A stretch of DNA of 46,010 bases from Dehalococcoidia bacterium (GTDB lineage Bacteria > Chloroflexota > Dehalococcoidia > GIF9 > AB-539-J10): contig JALHUO010000046.1 of NCBI GenBank assembly GCA_022866545.1, positions 1 to 46,010 of the forward strand, in the 5' to 3' direction. The notes under the pieces were generated by a model. It saw only the letters and a program-made list of their open reading frames with translations. It had not been told where the DNA came from and made no database searches. A program made the translations under genes and the position numbers. The first letter of the stretch is position 1. Each line of letters begins with the position of its first letter. Positions 35,454 through 43,287 of the stretch are shown here, piece by piece.

Positions 35454-36458
35454 CTATTGAATGGGAGGGCTGACATTCTGTCCATCGGAAAACCTGGCTT
35501 TTTTGTGCATCCAATTGACCGTTATCTCAACAGCCTGTTCTAATGTGTAGGGCAAATCATCGGCTACAAGGGGCTCCAGGTTGAATACGAAACTGGCCAG
35601 CATATTCCTGAGACGAGAAGTCGACAAAGGCGGCACGTTCCACCCCATGAACTTCATTATGTCGCCCACTCTCGCTAGCGCCTTGAGGACCGGAACCGGC
35701 ACTTGATGAATCCTTGGCGCCTGAAACGCCTCCTGGACAAGATTGACCCATGCACGCATGTTCGTCGGTGGATAATCAGCCAGGTAGAATGTCTTGCCGT
35801 GTACTTTGTCTGCTGATGCTTTTAGAAGTCTATCTAACTGGCAAACTGTATTCCCGACAAACCCCAGTGATTGGTTGACATTACTGCCACCGGGGTGGAC
35901 ATAGAGGCGGTTTTGTATTGCCTCGAACAGGTTCTTGTATGGCATGTCAAACCAGGGCCCCCAGATTCCGATGGGGCGGACAATCGTCCAGGAATATGGC
36001 AACTCGCTTGCCTCCCGCACCACCTTTTCTCCCAGCATTTTACCCTGGCCATAAAGGGTGTCAGGACAATAGTCGGTGTCATCCTTCGGTTGATACCCCG
36101 TCCTGCAGACAAGCATGGTTGAAACAAAGATGACCCTCTCCAGGTTGGGCAAGTCTCTTGCCGCTGAAATCAGGTTCCTTACACCTTCATAGTTGGTGGC
36201 ATAGTCTTCAAGCTTTCTTCCCCGGTCTGCTGTACCGGTTGTGGCAGCCATATTGACGACATAGGTTGGAGAGAAGCGGGCAATCTCTGTCCGTAGGAGC
36301 TGCGAGTCCAGGATATCCACCTGTCTCCAACAAGGCCGGTGCTGAGCATTCCTGGGGGGAGCGATATCGAAGTTGAGTACCTCTTCCCCTCTGGATAGGT
36401 AGTGCTCAACGAGGTTGGTACCTATGAAACCAGAACCGCCTGTTATCAGTACTCTCAT
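35454..36458 (-). CDS. NAD-dependent epimerase/dehydratase (extended SDR)
   Basis: 334 aa. VLITGGSGFIGTNL, then YGQGKMLGE (YxxxK). Confidence 0.8.
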   Translation of the reverse strand: MRVLITGGSGFIGTNLVEHYLSRGEEVLNFDIAPPRNAQHRPCWRQVDILDSQLLRTEIARFSPTYVVNMAATTGTADRGRKLEDYATNYEGVRNLISAARDLPNLERVIFVSTMLVCRTGYQPKDDTDYCPDTLYGQGKMLGEKVVREASELPYSWTIVRPIGIWGPWFDMPYKNLFEAIQNRLYVHPGGSNVNQSLGFVGNTVCQLDRLLKASADKVHGKTFYLADYPPTNMRAWVNLVQEAFQAPRIHQVPVPVLKALARVGDIMKFMGWNVPPLSTSRLRNMLASFVFNLEPLVADDLPYTLEQAVEITVNWMHKKARFSDGQNVSPPIQ

Positions 36459-36495
36459 TTCTATCCGTCATTCCGCTCATTCAGCAAACTCTGGT

Positions 36496-37494
36496 CTAGA
36501 ACTCAGCGTCCCGCTTGATGTTGTCCCAGTTCTCCAGAAACCACTTATGCACTTTTTTCAAGCCGTCCTCGAAGTTGGTTTGCGGCTGATAATCAAGAAG
36601 TTTTCTGGCTTTGTCAATTGAGGACCGCAGGTGGGTCTTCACGTCCCAATTCCGCCGGGGGACATGAGCGATACCGGCCTTGTTATTGGTGAGTCTGTTG
36701 ACTATGGAGGCAAGCTCAGCTACCTGGTGCTCGGTGCTAGAGCCAAGATTGATTGCCTCCCCGACTGCCTCTTCCCTGATACCCATTGCCAGCAAGCCTT
36801 TTATTATATCGTCCACATATGTCCAGTCCCTGGTCTCTGTGCCATCGCCGGTGATCGGCAGTGCCTGCCCATTCATGGCCCAGTAGAGGAAGTTCGGTAT
36901 CACGTTCCGATATTTTCCCGGTACTTCCCCGGGACCATATACATTGAAAAACCTGGCATTGACAATGGGAAGATTGTACAGATTGTGGAAGTAGTTGGTG
37001 TATAGTTCGCCGAGCAGTTTGGTTACCTGGTATGGCGTATGCAGACTGATGGAGACATCATGTTCTTCGAACGGTATCTTTGAGTCCAGGCCGTATACGC
37101 CACAGCCGGAGGAGGAATAAACAAATCTTCTCACCCCGGCGATGTTCGCATACTCAAGGACTTTCAGGATTCCCATTCCGTTTACCATCAAATCTGTCTC
37201 CGGATTATCAACCGAATTCTGGTTAGCAAAATGGGCTGCGAGGTGAAAGACATAGTCCGGCTTCTCTTTAAAAACACGCTTCAGCATTTCATCGTCGAGC
37301 ACGCTCCCCCTGACAAATAACACCCGTTCTGATTTGGGAATGTTCCACTCGTACGCTGCCGAGAGATCATCAAGGACGATGATTCTGGCCGCTTCGCCTT
37401 TGATTAATGCCCTGGTGAGATTGGAGCCGATGCACCCTGCCCCACCTGTGACAAGGATGTTCTTGCCTTTATACTTACTTAGGTACTCGTTCAT
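36496..37494 (-). CDS. NAD-dependent epimerase/dehydratase (extended SDR)
   Basis: 332 aa. ILVTGGAGCIGSNL, SSSGCGVYG, YQVTKLLGE (YxxxK) and FFNVYGPG. Confidence 0.8.
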   Translation of the reverse strand: MNEYLSKYKGKNILVTGGAGCIGSNLTRALIKGEAARIIVLDDLSAAYEWNIPKSERVLFVRGSVLDDEMLKRVFKEKPDYVFHLAAHFANQNSVDNPETDLMVNGMGILKVLEYANIAGVRRFVYSSSGCGVYGLDSKIPFEEHDVSISLHTPYQVTKLLGELYTNYFHNLYNLPIVNARFFNVYGPGEVPGKYRNVIPNFLYWAMNGQALPITGDGTETRDWTYVDDIIKGLLAMGIREEAVGEAINLGSSTEHQVAELASIVNRLTNNKAGIAHVPRRNWDVKTHLRSSIDKARKLLDYQPQTNFEDGLKKVHKWFLENWDNIKRDAEF

Positions 37495-38698
37495 TTTGCT
37501 TCTCCTTTATAGCTTCTTCCAAGATCTTCTCAAATTCGTCCGTGATGCTCTCCCAGCTGTATCTTTCAGCGAAGCTCCGTGCTTTCTGACCCAGCTCTTG
37601 TATTTTACCACTTTGAATCAGTTCCATGGCTTTGGCGACAGCGTCCTCAGGCTTATCCACATACACCACGCCGTTATCCTCGCCAAACTCTTTCATTACC
37701 CCGGGAAGTCTGGTGGCAATCACGGGCTTTTTCATTGCCATATACTCATACATCTTGATGGGGACAATGTCCTGCATTATTTTTTCATCAGGGTAAGCCG
37801 GCAGCAGGCATACATCGGAGGCAGCGATAAAAGATGGAATTTCCTCATAGGGCTTCTTGCCGGTGAGGATAATCCTGTCCTTCAAGTTATGTTTTTCACG
37901 TATTTGCTGAAGCGCCTCATAGGCATCGCCTTCGCCAACAACAAGGAGCTTGAGATTAGGATTGTCTATTCGGGCTAGTTGTGAGGCAACCTCTTTCAAG
38001 CCTGAAAATTGGTATAGCCAGCCCATGAAGAAGAGGACAATGTCCTTCCTGGTGAGCCCGTAATGTTGCCTTATGGTGTCACCTTTGGTAACTGGGTCGA
38101 AGCGCTCAATATCAATGCCTGCCCGCAGGATCTGAGTTCGCTCGGGCGAAGCTCCCAGCCCTTTCACGTAGTCCTTGAGTTTCTCGTTAATTGCCAGCAC
38201 TTTGTCGGCTTGTCGCAGTGTCTTGTGTTCTAACAACATGGCGATAGGGTGAAAAGGCTTGAAAGGAATAAGCCTGTGTAATACGTCGATCCAGTAGTAG
38301 ATAAATGGTGTGTTATTTTTCCTGGCGGCCCGCATCGCCAAATAGGTGCTCAAGATGCCGAAGCCGATAATCAGATCGGGACAAGAATCTTTTATTTGAT
38401 GACGGATTTCCTTTCTATAAGAGAATACTGATGAAACATAATCCAGCCAGGGAAGTTTTATGATGCCAGGGCGAATTAGCGTGACGTTTGCGCCATCATA
38501 GAATCTTGATACATTGCTGAACACCTGTCGTTTTGAGCGTAACTCCCTCTTGCCCTGTGTCCTCCATAGAAGCTCATAGTCGATGACACGAACTTCGTGA
38601 CCTTTTAGGGAAAGTCTCTCTATGAGGTGATGCTGCTGGTGTGGGCCTCGCAGCAGCCAGTCGGTATCCTGAACCAGAAGGATTTTCACGCCAGCCAC
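37475..38698 (-). CDS. GT4-family glycosyltransferase
   Basis: 407 aa with a GTG start. LVVGEGDAYE, then VPIKMYEYMAMKKPVIATRLPG. Confidence 0.85.
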   Translation of the reverse strand: MAGVKILLVQDTDWLLRGPHQQHHLIERLSLKGHEVRVIDYELLWRTQGKRELRSKRQVFSNVSRFYDGANVTLIRPGIIKLPWLDYVSSVFSYRKEIRHQIKDSCPDLIIGFGILSTYLAMRAARKNNTPFIYYWIDVLHRLIPFKPFHPIAMLLEHKTLRQADKVLAINEKLKDYVKGLGASPERTQILRAGIDIERFDPVTKGDTIRQHYGLTRKDIVLFFMGWLYQFSGLKEVASQLARIDNPNLKLLVVGEGDAYEALQQIREKHNLKDRIILTGKKPYEEIPSFIAASDVCLLPAYPDEKIMQDIVPIKMYEYMAMKKPVIATRLPGVMKEFGEDNGVVYVDKPEDAVAKAMELIQSGKIQELGQKARSFAERYSWESITDEFEKILEEAIKEKQNERVPK

Positions 38699-38701
38699 TT
38701 T

Positions 38702-39625
38702 TTACTTCTTGCTATAAACCCGTTTCATCCATTCAATGGTCTTCGGGATACCTTCTTCCAGGGGTATCTTCGGGGTATGCTTCAAGTCTCTTCTGGCTTT
38801 GGAAAAGTCCATGTGCTTGACTTTGGTGGTAAAAGGTTCCGCCTCCTTGTAAGTGACTTTGGAATCATTTTTGCCTAGATTCTTCAGTATAAGATCGGAG
38901 ACGTATTTTATCTCATGTTCCCATTCCTCTTTGCTCCCGATGTTGTAGACCTCTCCCGGTTTGAAATTATCAACTATATTAGCAAAGGTGCGGCAGGTAT
39001 CTTCGACATAGTCGAAGATGCGGCGGTGACCCAGGTAGACGGTATAAGGCTCGTCATTTAGGGCTTTATGGATAAAGGCGGGGATGACTCCTCGGTAGGG
39101 GCTATAGTATTCGTGGGGGCCGTAGGCGTTGACCGGTCGAACCCTTACGGTTTCAGTCCCAAACATGGCTGCTGAATTCAGTACCTGGAGCTCGCCCACC
39201 CACTTGGTCATAGCATAATCGTTCATTTGCTTTATGGGCACTTTGTCCATCACATCCTCACTCATCACCCTGTCGTAGTCACCATACACTTCCGCGCTGG
39301 AAAAGAATATCATTCTGAACTTCTTCCTTTCCTGGAGGCGGATCACATTCTTGGTACCTATTACATTGGTGAGCCAGAGGTTCTCATAATAATCCTCACC
39401 ATTCCAGCGCCCATACTCTGCGGCCAGGTGATAGACATAGTCAAAGTCATGCTGCTCAAATACTCGCTCAAGCTGGCGGTATTTAGCGACATCGCAGCGG
39501 ATGTAGTTCGGTCCCTCGGAATGCCCCAAATCACATACTCGGACTTCGTGTCTTCTTTTTCTTAGTTCGGGGACGAGGTTTGAGCCGATAAAGCCCAGCC
39601 CGCCGGTAACCAGTATTTTAGCCAT
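38702..39625 (-). CDS. NAD-dependent epimerase/dehydratase (extended SDR)
   Basis: 307 aa. ILVTGGLGFIGSNL, SSAEVYG and YAMTKWVGE (YxxxK). TAATG overlap with the wecB stop. Confidence 0.8.
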   Translation of the reverse strand: MAKILVTGGLGFIGSNLVPELRKRRHEVRVCDLGHSEGPNYIRCDVAKYRQLERVFEQHDFDYVYHLAAEYGRWNGEDYYENLWLTNVIGTKNVIRLQERKKFRMIFFSSAEVYGDYDRVMSEDVMDKVPIKQMNDYAMTKWVGELQVLNSAAMFGTETVRVRPVNAYGPHEYYSPYRGVIPAFIHKALNDEPYTVYLGHRRIFDYVEDTCRTFANIVDNFKPGEVYNIGSKEEWEHEIKYVSDLILKNLGKNDSKVTYKEAEPFTTKVKHMDFSKARRDLKHTPKIPLEEGIPKTIEWMKRVYSKK

Positions 39626-40701
39626 TAATTATCCTCCGTTATAATTCTTACGATTCTCTGGCCTGCTTTGCCATCTCCAAACGGGTTGCTCCACTTGTTT
39701 TCCTTATTAAGCATAAGTCTGGTGCAGCGAAGTATTTTGTCGGGTAGGGTTCCAGCTAGAAGATTCGAGCCAACCTCCAGGGTTTCAGGTCTTTCAGTGT
39801 TGTCCCGTAAGGTAACACAAGGAATACCGAGGATGCAAGCTTCTTCCTGAACGCCGCCGGAGTCGGTGAGGATAAGCCTGGCGTTGCTCTCAAGTTGCAG
39901 GAAGTCGAGGAAACTTACGGGTTCAATTAGTGTAATGTTCTTGGGGTCAAGGCCAAACTCGTTCATCCTCTTCCGAGAATGAGGGTGGACAGGGTAGACT
40001 GTCGGGATGCGAAACTCAGCAGCTACTTTATCCAGACCCTTCAAGATTGAGGCAAATCGTCTCGGGTTGTCAACGTTCTCCTGTCGGTGAAGGGTCACCA
40101 GGAAATATTCTTTGGGGGTAAGATTCAGACTACTAAGAGTATTTCCTTGTTCTTTAGCTATCCCTAGATTCTGATAGACAGCATCAACGATAGTGTTGCC
40201 TGTGACAAAAATCTTCTCTTTAGAGATGCCTTCACCAAGTAGAATCTGTCTAGCTTTCGGTGTAGGGGCAAACAGGTAATCGGAGCAATGGTCAGTTAAG
40301 ATTCGGTTGATTTCCTCGGGCATACTTCTATCGTAGCTTCTTAGTCCGGCCTCGACATGCCCGACTTTTACATGGAGTTTTGTCGCTGCCAAAGCTCCAG
40401 CGAACACAGAGTTGGTATCGCCCTCCACGAGGATGATATGAGGGCTTTCATCCCGCAAGACATTTTCTACGCCTATGAGTATCTTTGCCGTCTGTTGAGC
40501 ATGAGAACCTGAGCCAACCTCAAGATTGTATTTAGCTTGCGGCAACTTTAGCTGCTCAAAGAAGACCCTGTCTAAGTTATGGGAATAATGCTGACCGGTG
40601 TGGAGGATAAAGTAAGTGACTTGCCTCTTCTCCAGCTCCCTGATTACCGGAGACATCTTGATTATTTCGGGGCGAGTACCTAAAGCTATGGCGATTTTCA
40701 T
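39625..40701 (-). CDS. wecB: UDP-N-acetylglucosamine 2-epimerase (non-hydrolysing)
   Basis: Contains IALGTRPEIIKMSP, HTGQHY, VEGDTNS, HVEAGLRS and DSGGVQEEA. The track ORF starts at 40734. Met12 (40701) gives the canonical MKIA... N-terminus and removes the overlap with the upstream gene. Confidence 0.9.
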   Translation of the reverse strand: MKIAIALGTRPEIIKMSPVIRELEKRQVTYFILHTGQHYSHNLDRVFFEQLKLPQAKYNLEVGSGSHAQQTAKILIGVENVLRDESPHIILVEGDTNSVFAGALAATKLHVKVGHVEAGLRSYDRSMPEEINRILTDHCSDYLFAPTPKARQILLGEGISKEKIFVTGNTIVDAVYQNLGIAKEQGNTLSSLNLTPKEYFLVTLHRQENVDNPRRFASILKGLDKVAAEFRIPTVYPVHPHSRKRMNEFGLDPKNITLIEPVSFLDFLQLESNARLILTDSGGVQEEACILGIPCVTLRDNTERPETLEVGSNLLAGTLPDKILRCTRLMLNKENKWSNPFGDGKAGQRIVRIITEDN

Positions 40702-40714
40702 AACAAAATTTCCC

Positions 40715-41005
40715 CTAGATTTTGCGGCATTCAAAAGTAACAGTTCCGCCTTGGGTATAAGGTTCGCCAGGGTCTACACATTGCATATAAGCACGGTCTG
40801 GATCGCGAGATGTCGTTAATCCAAGTTTTACAGGGCACCAATCGTGTTCCAATATGGTAACGTAATGCAGCAAGGTTGATAGTGCATGAGTGCAAACCGC
40901 GTCTGTTTTGTCCAACAGTATTCTTGGGTCGTCTATCACCATTTTGTCACCGACCTTATACACCGGGCATTTGCCTTTAATCTTGCGGACCTTTATCTCC
41001 AGCAT
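40715..41005 (-). CDS. small Cys-containing protein resembling the TIGR04076 family
   Basis: MLEIKVRKIKGKCPVYKVGDKMVIDD....AVCTHALSTLLHYV....CPV....YMQCVDPG....VTFECRKI. 96 aa from the ATG at 41005 (the track ORF uses an upstream TTG at 41059). The family assignment is from memory of the motif pattern. Confidence 0.5.
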   Translation of the reverse strand: MLEIKVRKIKGKCPVYKVGDKMVIDDPRILLDKTDAVCTHALSTLLHYVTILEHDWCPVKLGLTTSRDPDRAYMQCVDPGEPYTQGGTVTFECRKI

Positions 41006-41068
41006 TGGTTGCTCTTGAAAGCCAGTCAATAGTCTAGAGTCGGGAGTACGATTAGTCAAGACACAGCT

Positions 41069-41088
41069 GGTTTGTTGAGCTTGTTGAG
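41069..41088 (+). repeat. short array of the (g)gtttgttgag 9-nt unit
   Basis: ggtttgttgagcttgttgag, between the TIGR04076-like and nucleotidyltransferase genes. Same unit as the arrays at 42826-42912 and 43288-43335. Confidence 0.5.
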
Positions 41089-41121
41089 ATGGCTAGATTG
41101 CCTTATCCCGAAAAACGGGGC

Positions 41122-41517
41122 TCACAATTGTTTTGCTGCGCCCAGAACTTCTTTGAGGAAAGCCCGTTCCTTCATCTGCTCGAATTCTGCCTCGGTGTAA
41201 ACAAGGGGCTCTATGGGTAAGGACGTCAAGTCAAGAATTTTGCCGATACGCTGGTGCATCCTGCCCTCAAATTCGCCCACTATGACAAGGTCTATGTCGC
41301 TGCCCTGGTGGAAGTCGCCTCTGGCGAATGAGCCATAAAGATAAACCCTCTTTACTTTGTGTTTGCTCTTGAGGAGATGGGCAAATTGCCTCAACTCTTC
41401 ATAAATCTCTTGACGGTCTTCAAGATTGACCCGGCATAATTTATAGTGTTGTGCAGGACTCTGCTCAGGATTCCTCTCCCTTGGCGGGAGAGGATCAAGG
41501 TGAGGGTGAACTCTCAT
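41122..41517 (-). CDS. minimal (MNT/KNTase-type) nucleotidyltransferase domain protein
   Basis: 131 aa. VYLYGSFARGDFHQGSDIDLVIV (the GS...D.D pol-beta NTase motif). The first ~16 codons (MRVHPHLDPLPPRERN) are encoded by repeat copy B, so the true start is uncertain. Confidence 0.7.
   Translation of the reverse strand: MRVHPHLDPLPPRERNPEQSPAQHYKLCRVNLEDRQEIYEELRQFAHLLKSKHKVKRVYLYGSFARGDFHQGSDIDLVIVGEFEGRMHQRIGKILDLTSLPIEPLVYTEAEFEQMKERAFLKEVLGAAKQL
41472..41512 (-). repeat. REP-like GC-rich hairpin element, copy B (inverted relative to A and C)
   Basis: Perfect 9-bp stem tcctctccc / gggagagga (41472-41480 / 41486-41494) with a 5-nt loop, followed by caaggtgagggtgaa. Confidence 0.7.
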
Positions 41518-41860
41518 CCCAAAGTCTCCCTTATCCTTTCAAGGACGCCTTCCAGATTTGTAAGAACCTCGTTGTTCCAGAACCTCATTATCCGGTAACC
41601 ACGTTGCTCCAGCCTCTTCGTCCTCTCCTCGTCTCTTTCCTTTGTTCTCTCTTCATTGTGTTGGCCGCCGTCTATCTCAATTATAAGCCCTCTTTGGAGA
41701 CTGGCGAAGTCAACAATGTATGGGCCTATAGGCTGTTGCCTTCGGAACTTCATGCCCTCGAGCTGTCTGTTCCTTAGCTTCATCCAGAGGGCTTTTCAGC
41801 ATCCGTGTACTTCTGGCGAAGTTCGCGAGCGAAACCTACCTGTTGTTGGCTCTTTTTCAC
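41514..41860 (-). pseudogene. DUF559 (Vsr-like endonuclease fold) gene with a 1-nt frameshift near the N-terminus
   Basis: The track ORF 41514..41783 encodes (K)ALWMKLRNRQLEGMKFRRQQPIGPYIVDF...IEIDGGQH...RIMRFWNNEV. The -1 frame upstream (GTG 41860 to stop 41780) encodes VKKSQQQVGFARELRQKYTDAEKPSG*. Joined, these give the usual ARELR...T.AE..LW..LR N-terminus. Confidence 0.65.
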
Positions 41861-41864
41861 GGAG

Positions 41865-41903
41865 CCCCCTCACTCTGACTCTCTCCCGTTGTGGGAGAGA
41901 GAA
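41865..41903 (+). repeat. REP-like GC-rich hairpin element, copy C
   Basis: ccccctcactctgact, then a perfect 9-bp stem ctctctccc / gggagagag (41879-41887 / 41893-41901) with a 5-nt loop. Confidence 0.7.
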
Positions 41904-41962
41904 TTATGGTTATCTATGCATTTTGCGGGGTCTTGCCTTCTGAATGCGCTGGTTGTCCGCAA

Positions 41963-42841
41963 TTATTTCCGCCTGGCTAGGGCGTTGAGGATTATGCCGG
42001 TGAAGATGCTCAGTATGCCAGCGATGATGAACAGGGCGGTCAAGACGGCGCTGCCTACGGCTAGCTGGCCTGTTGTGTTGGCGACGTTGATCACCCTGAA
42101 CCCAAAAACGAGGCCGATCACCAACAAGATACCGCCTATGATTCCGAAGACGAACAGTGGTTTCCTCTCAGAAATCATGACGATTATCCGGCTGAGAACG
42201 TCTACGCCGTGCCTGATGGGGTTGAGGGTCGAGCCATCCTTGGTATATATGTTTGAGATGGGCACTTCAGTCACCTTGAGGCCCTTGTCGGAGGCGAACG
42301 TTATCATCTCTGATTCTACGGCGAACCCATTCGCTTTCAAATCCAGCCCGTTTATTGCCTTCGGTGAAAGGGCCCGGAAGCCGGATTCGGAATCGTAGAC
42401 ACTGGTTCTAGAAGCAAACCGGCTCGAGCGGAAAATGACTTTCTTGCCGATGCGGCGGTAGAGGGGAGTCTTGTCTTCCTGGGCTTCTCGCGAGCCGATG
42501 ACGAGGTCAAAACCATCCGAAATAGGCTTGAGGAGAACGGGAATCTCATTAGGGTCATGCTGGGCATCAGCATCCAACAAGACCAACACATCGGGATTTC
42601 TCTTTCTGGCCTCGGTCAGTATGCTCTGGATGGCCGCGCCTTTGCCCCTATTTTCAGGGTGGCGCACTACCGTGGCGCCGGCGAGCTGGGCAACCTTGGC
42701 GGTGTTATCCGTGCTCCCATCGTCAACAACGATGACCTCATCCACATACTGCTTTGTCTGGAGCACTATGCTTCCGACATATCTTGCCTCATTATAGGCA
42801 GCAATCCCAGCCAACACCTTCGGGCGAGTTTGTTGAGTCAT
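41963..42841 (-). CDS. polyprenyl-phosphate glycosyltransferase, GT2 with two C-terminal TM helices (DPM1/GtrB/AglJ-like)
   Basis: 292 aa. IAAYNEARYV, VIVVDDGSTDNT, NRGKGAA and LLDADAQHD (DxD). C-terminal helices LFVFGIIGGILLVIGLVFGF and AVLTALFIIAGILSIFTGIILNAL. Confidence 0.85.
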   Translation of the reverse strand: MTQQTRPKVLAGIAAYNEARYVGSIVLQTKQYVDEVIVVDDGSTDNTAKVAQLAGATVVRHPENRGKGAAIQSILTEARKRNPDVLVLLDADAQHDPNEIPVLLKPISDGFDLVIGSREAQEDKTPLYRRIGKKVIFRSSRFASRTSVYDSESGFRALSPKAINGLDLKANGFAVESEMITFASDKGLKVTEVPISNIYTKDGSTLNPIRHGVDVLSRIIVMISERKPLFVFGIIGGILLVIGLVFGFRVINVANTTGQLAVGSAVLTALFIIAGILSIFTGIILNALARRK

Positions 42842-42912
42842 TTGGGTTCCTTGAGTTTCTTGGGTTTGTTGAGTTCTTCGTGTTCACTGAGTTTGTTGGG
42901 TTGCTTGAGTGC
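42826..42912 (+). repeat. tandem array (~4.5 copies) of an 18-nt unit gagtttNttgggttNNtt
   Basis: Units begin at 42826, 42835, 42853, 42871, 42889 and 42907. The array spans the GT2 start codon and the C-terminal tail of the four-helix-bundle ORF. Confidence 0.7.
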
Positions 42913-43287
42913 CTGGGGCTTGCCCTTGTTCAAGGGGTATCTAATGAAACCGGAGATTAAGCGGGCTACTTCGTCGGATTTGGAGTAGAGTTCATCGAAT
43001 TTCTCTTTATTGATGTAGCCTTGGTCTAAGGCGACATAAAGCTGACTCTGGACTTCGGCGACCGAGCCTTTGGCAATAAACAGGAATTGGGTAAACTCCT
43101 TCGTTGACCTTCTTGAAAACCCCTCAGCTATATTGGACATTATGGAGACCGCAGCACTGTGATTTTGCTCCCTGAATTTGTAATCGCCAGTGAAGCCCTT
43201 GTTAGATTCTACGGCATCGTAGATTATGTTCACCAAGACTCTTGCTTCCTGCCACGCCTTAATATCTTCGAATTTCTCAATCTTCAC
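42838..43287 (-). CDS. four-helix-bundle protein of the 23S rRNA intervening-sequence protein family (PF05635-type)
   Basis: 149 aa with a GTG start. F.DIKAWQEARVLV..IY and AAVSIMSNIAEGFSRRSTKEFTQFLFIAKGSVAEVQSQL are the family hallmark. The last ~27 aa (KQPNKLSEHEELNKPKKLKEPK) are translated repeat array. Its stop overlaps the GT2 ATG (ATGA). Confidence 0.8.
   Translation of the reverse strand: MKIEKFEDIKAWQEARVLVNIIYDAVESNKGFTGDYKFREQNHSAAVSIMSNIAEGFSRRSTKEFTQFLFIAKGSVAEVQSQLYVALDQGYINKEKFDELYSKSDEVARLISGFIRYPLNKGKPQALKQPNKLSEHEELNKPKKLKEPK

Noticed and set aside
37334-37978. 214-aa plus-strand ORF antisense to the SDR/GT4 junction
   Set aside because: It is an antisense shadow ORF with no motifs.
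41090-41101. 12-nt identity tggctagattgc, also at 43353-43364 (inside the glmS 3' end), considered as a target-site duplication for the cassette block
   Set aside because: With about 2e9 position pairs on both orientations and 4^-12 per pair, roughly a hundred chance 12-mer matches are expected in 46 kb. The flanks do not extend the match convincingly.
41805-42398. 197-aa plus-strand ORF antisense to the polyprenyl-P GT2
   Set aside because: It is a shadow ORF of a well-supported minus-strand gene. It begins inside repeat copy C and no motifs were recognised.
42838-43287. Four-helix-bundle gene as the Avd component of a diversity-generating retroelement
   Set aside because: No reverse transcriptase gene and no template/variable repeat pair with A-to-N differences occurs anywhere in the window.
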